Shown: positions 51,796 through 62,023 of the stretch, piece after piece
Numbering within the stretch: position 1 is the first letter of the stretch
Layout: each line of letters begins with the position of its first letter
Origin: an uncultured bacterium
GTDB lineage: Bacteria; Babelota; Babeliae; Babelales; Vermiphilaceae
Assembly: GCA_963701085.1 (NCBI GenBank)
Contig: OY969561.1
Coordinates: 224,001 to 288,000 of the forward strand
Direction of reading: 5' to 3'
DNA: 64,000 nucleotides
Made by a program: the position numbers and the translations under genes
The notes under the pieces: generated by a model
The model's database searches: none
What the model was told of the DNA's origin: nothing
The model's input: the letters and a program-made list of their open reading frames with translations, nothing else

Positions 51796-52895
51796 ATAAA
51801 TTATTTTTATTTTTTTTGGTATTTGTTGGAATGCAGAGTGAATGTATGGAGTTGTCTCTGGTCAGACAAAGCACACAGCAACATCCTAAGTTGACTGAAG
51901 ATATTGTATGCCACGTGATACGTTCATATTTAAGCTTACAATCATTAGCACGCTTTGGATCTACGTGCAAAACATATGAAAAAATATTTGAACCGGGGAA
52001 AATAGAGTACTATGCATTAGGTTTGCGGGAAGTTAGAGACAATTATTATCGTTGTACTCAAGCTCTTGGCAGATGTGCTCAGTATGAAAATAGTGTACTA
52101 TTTAAACGTTTGTGGAGAAGAGATGGTGCTATCAGGGATTACAATATAGCAAAATTGGAACAAAAATTGCATCTTACTCTTGGTGATAAAATGAATGCTT
52201 ATCGTAAGTATTATAGCAATTTTCAAGATGTAGACAACAATATTACTAAGGATTTACGAAGTGCTATCATGAATAAGGAGAATTTACTTATTGGCAGGAT
52301 AGTACAGAGTAAAAAATACAATATTTTTGAGCTATTTAATAATGAGACTCTCGAAGCAGCGTTTCAAACTTTGTGTTCAATAAAAGACTTTTTCATTGGA
52401 GTTGATAATATATTGGCGCTTTTACCCGTAGAGAATGGCGAATATAAAAATAGAGCTGTGCAATATATAGCTAAGTATGATGAATTTAACGTTTTGATTC
52501 AAGCACTGGAAAAAGGGTATCTTAAGGCAGATGAAGAGTATGGATATGAATGTACAGCATTACATTATGCAGCTTTGCGTGGATGTAGAGCATTAACAGA
52601 CAGGTTGCTTAAGAAAGGTGCTGATGTGCATGCTGTTAATAAATGGGGTAAGCAACCATTATATTATGCTGAGAGATTTAATCAAGAACATCATAACTTT
52701 GGCCATTTATATGCGTATAGGGGTAATGGGGTTGAGGATTTGTTAAACGCATATTGTTATAGAAAACATGGGTGTCTACTAAAAATAACGCAACAATGTG
52801 GATCATCATATAAATCGTGGGATATATCGCAAGAGGAAGCTGCTTGGTTGCGCAATTCTTGTACTTATTCACTGAAAGAATCAGACATTATTTAG
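51792..52895 (+). CDS. Exported F-box-like + ankyrin protein
   Basis: LTEDIVCHVIRSYLSLQSLARFGSTCKTY; TALHYAA...LLKKGADV..VNKWG.QPL. Confidence 0.88.
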   Translation: MNKLFLFFLVFVGMQSECMELSLVRQSTQQHPKLTEDIVCHVIRSYLSLQSLARFGSTCKTYEKIFEPGKIEYYALGLREVRDNYYRCTQALGRCAQYENSVLFKRLWRRDGAIRDYNIAKLEQKLHLTLGDKMNAYRKYYSNFQDVDNNITKDLRSAIMNKENLLIGRIVQSKKYNIFELFNNETLEAAFQTLCSIKDFFIGVDNILALLPVENGEYKNRAVQYIAKYDEFNVLIQALEKGYLKADEEYGYECTALHYAALRGCRALTDRLLKKGADVHAVNKWGKQPLYYAERFNQEHHNFGHLYAYRGNGVEDLLNAYCYRKHGCLLKITQQCGSSYKSWDISQEEAAWLRNSCTYSLKESDII

Positions 52896-53838
52896 TTTGT
52901 AGCAATTTTGCACAATAATCTTTAACAGCTGGCCCAAAGGTTGGATGTTGGAATGCAATATCAATATTTGCTTGTATCCATCCGAGAGGGTTGCCAATAT
53001 CGTAGCGTGATGTGTTCATAACATAGGCAATAACGCGCTCCCCATTACGCATCATATCTGCAATGCCATCAGTGAGTTGAATTTCATTACCAGCACCTGG
53101 TTTTGTGGTTTCTAGAGAATCAAAAATGCGTGGAGATAAAACATAGCGACCTACAATGGCAAAATTAGATGGAGCTTGATCAACAGAGGGTTTTTCAACG
53201 AGTGCAGCAACATCAAAAATGCCGTCTTCTAACTCTTCTTTTACCGCGACAATGCCATATGATGAAACTTTTTCATGAGGAACTTGTAGCACACCAATGA
53301 CGGATGCGTTATATTTTTGTGCGACTGCAATAAGTTGTGCAAGCGCAGGAACATCACCAATCATAATTTCATCAGGTAACACAATACCAAAATATTCGTT
53401 ACTAATAGCTTCTTTTGCCATTAAAATTGCATGACCAAGGCCGAGGGCTTCTGGTTGTGGAACAAAAGTGAATTGTGCGGCATCAATTACTGCATTAACG
53501 CTATTAAGAAGGGCAGCTTTGCCATTTTTAGCCAATGTCGTCTCTAACTTTGGTTGGTGAGAAAGATGGTTTTTAAGCGCTTGTTTATCATCATTGGCGA
53601 TGATAATAAAATCAGTAATGTCTGATGCTAAGCCTTCTTCGACAATTATTTGGATTGATGGTTTTTCGAGAATGGGTAGCATTTCTTTGGGAACCGCTTT
53701 TGTATAAGGTAAAAAACGTGTACCAAGACCGGCTGCAGGAATAACTGCTTTATTTATTTTCATAGTCATACCCATAATTTGAGATGTTTGTGTTAGTGAT
53801 AGCGCACAAAAAACGATTGTTACTAATTTCATAAGCAT
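52888..53838 (-). CDS. galU: UTP--glucose-1-phosphate uridylyltransferase (start uncertain)
   Basis: KAVIPAAGLGTRFLP.TKAVPKEMLP, GLGHAI, VEKP, GAGNEIQLTD, RYDIG. Confidence 0.95.
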   Translation of the reverse strand: MLMKLVTIVFCALSLTQTSQIMGMTMKINKAVIPAAGLGTRFLPYTKAVPKEMLPILEKPSIQIIVEEGLASDITDFIIIANDDKQALKNHLSHQPKLETTLAKNGKAALLNSVNAVIDAAQFTFVPQPEALGLGHAILMAKEAISNEYFGIVLPDEIMIGDVPALAQLIAVAQKYNASVIGVLQVPHEKVSSYGIVAVKEELEDGIFDVAALVEKPSVDQAPSNFAIVGRYVLSPRIFDSLETTKPGAGNEIQLTDGIADMMRNGERVIAYVMNTSRYDIGNPLGWIQANIDIAFQHPTFGPAVKDYCAKLLQTK

Positions 53839-53879
53839 AGAAGTTTCTCGGTTAATATAATAAAATAAGTGAATCATAC

Positions 53880-54915
53880 TCAAGAGAACTGGTTGAGAAA
53901 TTTTATTTTACTGGAATGAAATAGGCGAATATCATTAATGCCGTATTTAATCATTGCAAGTCTTTCAATTCCTCCACCCAATGCAAATCCAGAGTAAATA
54001 ATTGGATCAATTCCACCAGCACGTAAGACATTTGGATGAATTATTCCACTGCCAAATAACTCAATCCAACGTGTATGTTTGCAAACAGAACATCCTGTTG
54101 TGCAGAATGGACATGATGCATCTATTTCAATTCCTGGTTCTACGAAAGGGAAAAATCCTGGACGTGCGCGAACTTCGATTCTGTTATTGTTTAAGATTTT
54201 TTGTAAAAAAGTTTGTGCGGTAGCAAGCAAGTTGCTGACCGATATGTTTTTATCAATCAGCATGATTTCATATTGAGTGAATTGAAAATCATGAGTTTGA
54301 TCTGTTGCTTCTTTTCTGTATGTTCTTCCTGGTGAAAATATTGCAATAGGAGGTTGGGAATTTTGCATAACACGAACTTGAACGTTTGAGCATTGGGTTC
54401 GTAGAAGAATTCCTTTTTTATGTAAATAAAATGAATCTTCTGCTTCACGTGCTGGATGATCTGCTGGAATATTAAGGGATTCAAAATTATAATATTCGTT
54501 ATCTATTTCAGGGCCATCGGCGATATCATATCCCATTGATATAAAAACATCTTCTAAGTCATTGATGATTTGTGTGTAAATATGGGATGTTCCTTTAAGT
54601 TCATTGTATTTGTATGCAGAAACATCAAAGTTTTTGTGCACGATATTTTTTTGTGCACTTTCTTCTTTTTTGAGGGCGGTTGCGCGGGCGTCAATTTGTT
54701 CTTGTGCTTCAGTTTTGAGCTGATTGAGGAGTGGCCCAACTATTTTTTTTTCTTCAACAGGCATATTTTTGAGTTGCTCCATAAGATCAGCAATCTTGCC
54801 TTTGCGTCCTAAAAATGCAACACGTACTGCTTCAAGGCTTGTTTCATTCGATGCTTGCAATTGCAGTGGTTAGTTCTTTTTTTATGATTTCAATTTCTTG
54901 TGAGAGATTTTTCAT
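53880..54915 (-). CDS. pheS: Phenylalanine--tRNA ligase alpha subunit; one frameshift near 54861
   Basis: FLGRKG, NF.SLNIP.DHPAR, FPFVEP, GFALG.GIERLAM. The ATG at 54915 (MKNLSQEIE) is one base out of frame with the body. Confidence 0.95.
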
Positions 54916-55050
54916 ACATATTCCGGTGTATTAACGGCGGTTTTTATACATAAACAAGATAACAAAGAATGATATTCTTGGCAATTTGGTCAAAATTATA
55001 TAATAGTGGAATAAGTGTACAAATGGGTTACTAAAAAAGAGGAGAGATGG

Positions 55051-55803
55051 ATGAAAAAGTTTTTATTGTCGATGCTTGCCTTTGGAGTTATAGCAACGGG
55101 TTATGCTGATGAAACACGTGGATCATTAGCGCCTTGCAATAAACATGAAGAAGTAATTAATGCGGAAAATAGTGTGTTTCTTGCGCAAGTTCTTGCGGCA
55201 GATGATGTATTTGAGGAAACATATATCCCTCAACCAGATATGTTCTCAGTAAGAAAAGCAGCCATTATAACGTGTATGGATTATCGATTGAATGATTTTT
55301 TAAGTGTGGTTACTCCTGGTACGTATATCTTGCGTAATGCTGGTGGAAGGGTAACTGAGGATTGGATTAGATCAATTATTATTCTCTATAAATTACTTGA
55401 AGTAGAACAAATAATGTTGATTCAACATACTGATTGCGGTATGCAGAAATTTACTGATCATGTTATGAATGATTTATTACGTGGCAGTTTAGTTAAGGCT
55501 AAACTTGTTCAGAATTGTAACACTACATTGTGTCCTTTAGAACCTAATAGCGCTTGTAAGTGGGTTAATACAAGTAGTTGTTGTGGAACAAATCCATGTA
55601 AAGGTGGATGCATTGATTGGCGTACTATTAATCATGGTTTGTTTGATTCAATGCTTGAAGATGTTAAAACGCTTCGTAACCATCCATTGATACCATCAAA
55701 CATTCCAATATATGCGTACATCTTTGATGTTATTACCGGTGATTTAATTCCGGTCCCCAAGGCAATGAGAGCTGGCAGGGCAAAACCGCTGTTTTGTAAG
55801 TAA
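55051..55803 (+). CDS. Exported beta-class carbonic anhydrase with Cys-rich insertion
   Basis: TCMDYR, RNAGGRVT, HTDCGM zinc ligands; HPLIP...Y.FDV.TG.L; signal peptide; RBS GAGGAG. Confidence 0.9.
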   Translation: MKKFLLSMLAFGVIATGYADETRGSLAPCNKHEEVINAENSVFLAQVLAADDVFEETYIPQPDMFSVRKAAIITCMDYRLNDFLSVVTPGTYILRNAGGRVTEDWIRSIIILYKLLEVEQIMLIQHTDCGMQKFTDHVMNDLLRGSLVKAKLVQNCNTTLCPLEPNSACKWVNTSSCCGTNPCKGGCIDWRTINHGLFDSMLEDVKTLRNHPLIPSNIPIYAYIFDVITGDLIPVPKAMRAGRAKPLFCK

Positions 55804-55878
55804 TTTTCACGCTTTTTTTATTGACAAAAGCTCACAAACAGGTACCATACATACTATATATTGATAGTTTTTGTCATC

Positions 55879-55953
55879 GCCGGGGTAGCTCAGTGGTAGA
55901 GCGGAAGCCTGAAGAGCTTCGCGTCGTTGGTTCAATTCCGACCCCCGGCACCA
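55879..55953 (+). tRNA. tRNA-Phe(GAA)
   Basis: GCCGGGGTAGCTCAG...CT-GAA-GA...GGTTCAATTCC...CCCCGGCACCA; TTGACA at 55821 upstream. Confidence 0.96.
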
Positions 55954-56045
55954 TACTTCGCGTAAAGCTTCGTATGGCACGGCCATCTTCGCCCGCTCAT
56001 CCTGAGCCTGTCGAAGGACGTCTGGCTTACGCCAAGGTTTCCTCC
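55951..56045. repeat. Family B hairpin, family A copy and a degenerate B after tRNA-Phe
   Basis: CCATAC-TTCGCGTAAAGCTTC-GTATGG; CCCGCTCATCCTGAGCCTGTCGAAGGA. Confidence 0.88.
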
Positions 56046-56201
56046 TTACGATCTAGATGAGTGTCTGTAAAGACAGGATTAAATCCATTCTTTTTCCAAA
56101 ATTCTTGCATTATATTTTTGTTTATTGTTAATTATTTTGTATCGTGGTAGATTTTTTTGTTCCCATATTTGTCACGAGTATTTTAATAAAAGGAGAATAC
56201 G

Positions 56202-56501
56202 ATGAACAAAATATCTTTTATAACGATATGTGTGTTAACACATTCTTGTTTGTTTTCCATGGATACAAAGCAGCAACCTTTACCAAATAAATTAGATAAT
56301 GGCCCTAGGCGAGATGGAATACTGAGAAAATTAAGTAATCCTGTATCAAGGGTGAGAACAGATGAAGAAATTGGTAATTTTATGCTAAAAACTGAAACAA
56401 GATCACCACGAGATAAGTATAGAGAAATATATAAAGAAGAAAAAAATAAAGAGCTTAATGAATTTCGAAGAGGGCGTAGCGAAAGTCTCGAAAAAAAATA
56501 A
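56202..56501 (+). CDS. Small exported charged protein
   Basis: RBS AAGGAG; signal ending LFS-MD. Confidence 0.75.
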   Translation: MNKISFITICVLTHSCLFSMDTKQQPLPNKLDNGPRRDGILRKLSNPVSRVRTDEEIGNFMLKTETRSPRDKYREIYKEEKNKELNEFRRGRSESLEKK

Positions 56502-56518
56502 TTAAAAAAGAGGGGAGT

Positions 56519-57043
56519 ATGAAACAGACGCAAGTTGATAAACACACAATTGCATGGTTTAAGATTGCTGAGTGTGTGTCGCGAGGTGAAAAAGAGCGCG
56601 CATTGGGTGTGTATCGTCTTCTCTCTCATTCATTTAATGATACTGCTATTAAATGTCAGCTTGAGGCTGACATTTATTGTTCTTTTGGTGAAACTGACCA
56701 GGCAATTATTTTATATCAACAGGCAATGGAGTCTTATAAAAAATCTCATCGTTTTCTTGAAGCGGCAGCAGTTGGTGAACATTTGGTTGTTTTACAGCCT
56801 TCTGAAATGATTTTGCATCGCAACTTAATTCAGCTCTATCTTTCTCTGGCAATGATATCAAAAGCGCAAGCGCATATTCAGGCGCTTGTTGATTTTTTTG
56901 CACAAAAGAAGCAATGGATAGAACAAGTTCTTGATGATCTTATCCTTGTTGATAATAAAAAATATGTTCAAGAGTTTGTAGCTTTATTGCAAGCATGTTC
57001 AGATGAGCTGCATCAGCATGCAGTTATCTATTTAAAAAAATGA
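56519..57043 (+). CDS. TPR-like helical protein
   Basis: ADIY..FG..DQAI.LYQQA; RBS GGGGAG. Confidence 0.7.
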   Translation: MKQTQVDKHTIAWFKIAECVSRGEKERALGVYRLLSHSFNDTAIKCQLEADIYCSFGETDQAIILYQQAMESYKKSHRFLEAAAVGEHLVVLQPSEMILHRNLIQLYLSLAMISKAQAHIQALVDFFAQKKQWIEQVLDDLILVDNKKYVQEFVALLQACSDELHQHAVIYLKK

Positions 57044-57080
57044 TTTTTAGCTCTTTGTTTTTGTACACATGATTTCCTCT

Positions 57081-57228
57081 CTCCGCTCGCCCTGAGTGCC
57101 CCGTTAGGGGTGTATCGAAGGGTGCGACAGAAAAAAGATTTTTTTATTTTTAATATTTTTCTTATTCCGCATCCTTCGATACATTCTCCTACGTTAAAAC
57201 TTCGGAGAACACTCAGGACGAGCGGAGG
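57081..57228. repeat. Family A inverted doublet with inserted loops
   Basis: CTCCGCTCGCCCTGAGTG[..]TGTATCGAAGGGTGCG ... CGCATCCTTCGATACA[B-like]CACTCAGGACGAGCGGAG. Confidence 0.88.
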
Positions 57229-57251
57229 GTGTGATAATCATTACAAACTTT

Positions 57252-60200
57252 TTATAAATTGCACTTTATCATAATATTATGTTTTTCAAGTAATTGAGCG
57301 CTTTCAGCATCAAGAAGAATTTTTTCTTTTGCTGTTAAGCGCAATTTTTTTTGGTTTTCCTGAAAGATAATATTAAGCGGGGCACTGCCCTTGGTCAAAT
57401 GTTCTTTGATGTTGGTTATTGTTTCTTCAGTCATATTGTCGGGAAGCGTGAGAGTGATATATTCAATGTTCGGCCATTCATTCAGTGCTAATTCGATAGG
57501 AACAATATCTTGAGCTTTTATTTTGCATCCAGCGCCTTCAACAACATCAACTACTCCTTTAACTATAAACACATGATGTGAGCCGAGCCATTTTTCAGTG
57601 CGGGTGAATGTTTTAGGAAATGCAATAATTTCCGCCGTTCCTGACATATCTTCAAATTGCAAAAAAGACATTCGATCACCTTTTTTGGTGACAATGTCTT
57701 TGCGTGTTTTCAGCAGGCCGCAGCAAATAGTTGTATATTCGCCCGAAGTTGTTTTTGCTTTTTCTGTTGCTACTTCGAATGACTCAATGGCAAACCAAGC
57801 AAGTTGTTTTTTGTATGTTTCAAGGGGATGTGAGCTGATATAAAAACCAAGTACTTCACGTTCCTTTTCTAGTTTTTCTTTATCAGACCATTCAGGCAAT
57901 GGTGCAAAAATATATAATTCATTATCATTACTGGCATTTTTGTTCGCGATAGCGAATAAATCCATTTGTCCGGTAAGGGCATTTTTTTTGTGCGTAGTTG
58001 CAAGATCAATACTATGTTCAACTTCATTAAATTGCTGTGCGCGATTACCATGCAAGGTATCAAACGCTCCTGCACAAATGAGACTTTCAATAACTCGTTT
58101 ATTGGCCGTGCGTAAATCTACGCGTTTACAAAAATCGAACAGATCTTTAAAAGGACCTTTCTTGGCGCGTTCTTCAATGATATTTTCAAGCGCTGCAAGA
58201 CCAACGTTTTTGATACCTTGTAATCCGAATAAAATATTGCTGTCCACAACTGAAAAATCGATACTCGATCTGTTAATATCTGGTGGTAATAAGGTAATGC
58301 CTAAATCTTTTGTTTCCTGTAAATAGAAAGACATTTTATCGGGATGTGTTGCTTCTAATGAGATAAGGCATGCTATAAATTCAGATGGGTAGTTTGCTTT
58401 GAGATATGCTGTTTGATAGGCGATAAGTGCATATGCAGCTGAGTGAGATTTGTTAAAGCCATAACCGGCAAAATAGGCCATGAAGATCAAAAAGTTCTTC
58501 TGCTTTTTTTCCGTCAAAGCTCCTGGTAGTTGCTTTTTCAACAAATATGGCGCTTTGTTCCGCCATCACTTCTGCTTTTTTCTTCCCCATTGCGCGGCGT
58601 AAAATATCAGCTTCTCCGAGTGAATAGCCGCCAATTGCAGAGGCAATTTTCATTACCTGTTCTTGATAGACAATAACACCATAAGTTTCTGCCAAAATTG
58701 GTTCAAGTTCAGGGAAAAGATATTTAATTTTTTGTCGACCATGTCGACGTTCAATAAAATCATCGACCATCCCTGATCCGAGTGGTCCTGGGCGATAGAG
58801 TGCGTTTACCGCAATAATATCTTCAAATTTGTCTGGTTGCAGTTTGCGAAGTACTTCTTTGAGCCCACTTAGATTCAAGTTGGAACACGCCTGAGGTTTT
58901 ACCCTCACAAATAAGTGCAAATGTTTGTGCATCATCAAGGGGAAGTTTGTTAATATCAAGCGTGACAGCATGATTTTTTTTGATCAGTTGTAACACTCGG
59001 TCAATAAGCGTTAAGTTTTTGAGGCCCAAAAAATCTATTTTTAGAAAACCAATACTTTCAAGTTCTGTCATTGCATATTGCGTTACAAGTTCAGTGCTTT
59101 TGGAAGGAATATAAACGGGCAGCACTTCATCAATTGGTTCTGGTGAAATTACAATGCCAGCAGCATGTTTTGATGCATGGCGCGTGAGCCCTTCAAGTCG
59201 AAATGCAATATCAAAAATATGTTTTGTGCTGTGGATTATTATCAATAAGTTCTTGTAGTCGGGGTTCTTGTTCAATGGCTTCAGTTAAGCGTAATTTTAA
59301 GTTGTTCAGGGATGAGATTGGTGATTGCATTTGAATCTTCAAAAGAAAAACCAAGGACGCGTGCAACATCTTTAATAACACCTTTTGCCATCATGGTACC
59401 AAAGGTGATAATATTGGCATACTTTGTCATGGCCATACTTATCACGAACATAATTGATTACTTTGTCGCGGCCTTCAATACAAAAATCGATATCGATATC
59501 AGGCATGCTGACACGTTCAGGATTTAAAAAGCGTTCAAAAAGAAGATTATATTTGAGAGGATCGATATTGGTAATTTGTAATGCCCATGCAACGAGTGAT
59601 CCTGCAGCAGAACCACGACCCGGGCCAACGGGAATGCCATTGCGGTATGCCCATTGAATAAAATCACTCACTACTAAAAAATATCCAACAAATCCCATAC
59701 TGAGTAATGAGATCAATTTCAAGTTCCAAGCGAGCTTCATATTCTCCTGCTTTGGCAAGATCAATAAGATTGTTCGTCTTTTAATCGTTCAAGACCGATG
59801 CTGGCACATGTGCGCAAAATATGTTTCTTGCGTATAATGTTCGGGAATATCAAATTGTGGGAAAAAAAGTTTTCCGGTTTCAAAATCAAAATTGCACATG
59901 TCAGCAATAACACCAGCATTCCAGACTGCTTCTGGATGTTCTTTGAAAATCCTCGAGCATTTGCTCTGTGGTACGCATGTAGACGCGGCAATCACCAAAG
60001 CTGAAGCGATTGGGGTTGTCTAATTTTGCTTGTGTTTGGATAGAGAGCATAATTTCATGTGCTTCGTGATCCTGGAGTGAAGTATAATGGCAATCGCCGG
60101 CAGCAATGCATTGAATGTTTTTTTCTTTGGCTAAAGCAAATAGTTTTTTATTTAAGATAGCTTGTTCTTCTTGATCTTCGGGCTGCACTTCAAGAAAAAA

Positions 60201-60704
60201 GCGATCTCTGCCAAATACCCTCAAAAACCAGTCAATACGCTCTTCAACTTCTTTTGCCGCATTCGCCATTAACAGTTTAGGAATATGGCCGCCAAGGCAC
60301 GCGGTTGTTACGATGAGGCCTTCTGAATATTTTTCAAGGATGTTGTAATCGATGCGGGGTTTAAAATAAAAACCTTCTTGATATGAATAAGAAATGAGTT
60401 TGCAGAGATTTTTATACCCCGTTGCATTTTGCACAAGAATAATGAGGTGATAATATTTATTTTCTGCATTTTTTACTTTTGCATCTTCCGTAAAATATGC
60501 TTCCATGCCTAAGATTGGTTTAATGCCAGCTTTTTTACATTTTTGAAAGAATTTTACCGCGCCAAAAATATTGCCATGATCGGTGATGGCAAGTGCTTTA
60601 TAATTGTTTTCTTTACCAAATGCTACCAGCTTATCTAATGATATGGCACCATCAAGGAGTGAATATTCGGTATGAAGATGTAAATGCGTAAAATGTTGCG
60701 ACAT
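57252..60704 (-). CDS. dnaE: DNA polymerase III alpha subunit, interrupted by nine +1 frameshifts (58482-59951)
   Basis: PHP domain [55 protein letters not shown] and OB fold are spread over successive frames; about 1147 aa when corrected. Confidence 0.96.
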
Positions 60705-60749
60705 ACTTTGTTTGTGTCTTTCGCGCTTGTTTTGCTGTGTCCAACGACT

Positions 60750-60808
60750 TGTCCTTCGTAGCTTAGCGAAGGAGGAATCCTCGGCGAAGGCTGGGTCGAA
60801 GGATATTC
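60750..60808. repeat. Family B / partial A composite upstream of dnaE
   Basis: TGTCCTTCGTAGCTTAGCGAAGGAGGA...GGCGAAGGCTGGGTCGAAGGATA. Confidence 0.8.
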
Positions 60809-60989
60809 AAGCTTATAAGTTGTAAGGATAAGAGATATTGAGAAAAATGTTGAGTAAAAAATATAAATCCTCATTCAGAATCCCTATAGAGAGCTTAATT
60901 TCCTAAAAATAGTTACAGGTTGACAATTTTATATATTTTGATACATTAAAAATAATAAGATAGTTGTTTTATCAAGTGGGGGATTATGT

Positions 60990-61970
60990 ATGAAAAATAG
61001 TATAAAAAGGTCTTTTCTTATGCCTATTTTGGCATTTTTTATAGGAATGCAGCCATCAGATGCTCATTCTAATATTTTTGATGGTAACAATAGCTATTTG
61101 AATGGTGCAATAGCGGGAATATCTGCTTTTGTAGGGATGCATATAATTTCTCATGTGATTCCTAAAGTATATGCTCAGACAGGATTATTTGGCAAAAGTA
61201 ATCTGAGTAATATGACTTTAAAAGATTATGTGGGTCCTGTTCCTCAGGAAGTTGCTGATCTTATTGCGCAACTTAAAAATTCCGAAGCATATGTAAAAAT
61301 GGGTGTTAAGTTAACTAAAGGATTTATTTTTTTTGGGGCACCTGGTTGTGGAAAAACGCATTTAGCACGTTCAATAGCAACTGAAGTTAACTGTCCTTTT
61401 TTTGCAGTAAATGCTACAGATTTTAAGCAACCGCATGTTGGAGAGGCAAAAAATGAAATAAAAAAACTTTTTGAACAAGCAAGAAATGGAGCAAGGCAGC
61501 ATTCTTCACGCGTAGCGATTGTATTTATAGATGAATTAGATGCTGTTGGAACAAGAAATGGTGAGAGGCTTGAAGGTGGTATAGATGAAACTATCAATAC
61601 CTTATTGAATGAAATGGATGGATTTGATCAACATAAGGATGTACATGTTGTTGTGATAGCAGCAACTAATATTTTAAAAAATATTGATGTCGCTCTTAAG
61701 CGTCCAGGAAGATTGGATCATAAAATTTATATTCCTTATCCAGATTTACAGGCACGAATGTTATTTATGCAAACTTTTTTAAAAAAATATCCAAGTGATT
61801 CTACTGTTTCACACGTTGAGCTTGCAGAAAAAACAGCAGGAATGAGCCCTGCTGATCTTATGTTATTATTTGAAATGGCAGGACGTATTGCTATAAGATC
61901 TCAGAAAAATAAGCGCGACATTGTTTGCTTTAATGAAGCGCTTAAGCAGATGCAATACAATAGAATATAA
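60990..61970 (+). CDS. Membrane-anchored/exported AAA+ ATPase (FtsH/CDC48-like module, no protease domain)
   Basis: GAPGCGKT, FIDELDAVG, LLNEMDGF, AATN...D.AL.RPGRLD; N-terminal signal and TM. Confidence 0.92.
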   Translation: MKNSIKRSFLMPILAFFIGMQPSDAHSNIFDGNNSYLNGAIAGISAFVGMHIISHVIPKVYAQTGLFGKSNLSNMTLKDYVGPVPQEVADLIAQLKNSEAYVKMGVKLTKGFIFFGAPGCGKTHLARSIATEVNCPFFAVNATDFKQPHVGEAKNEIKKLFEQARNGARQHSSRVAIVFIDELDAVGTRNGERLEGGIDETINTLLNEMDGFDQHKDVHVVVIAATNILKNIDVALKRPGRLDHKIYIPYPDLQARMLFMQTFLKKYPSDSTVSHVELAEKTAGMSPADLMLLFEMAGRIAIRSQKNKRDIVCFNEALKQMQYNRI

Positions 61971-62023
61971 TTCGTTGGCTTTGTGTATTAATGATCATCC
62001 AAATGCGAAAATAATTTTTGTTT

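Noticed and set aside
57252-60704. dnaE as a split-intein gene, intron-containing gene or true pseudogene
   Set aside because: No intein or intron-sized insert is present, the corrected length is normal and the motifs are undecayed; only single-base insertions are seen.
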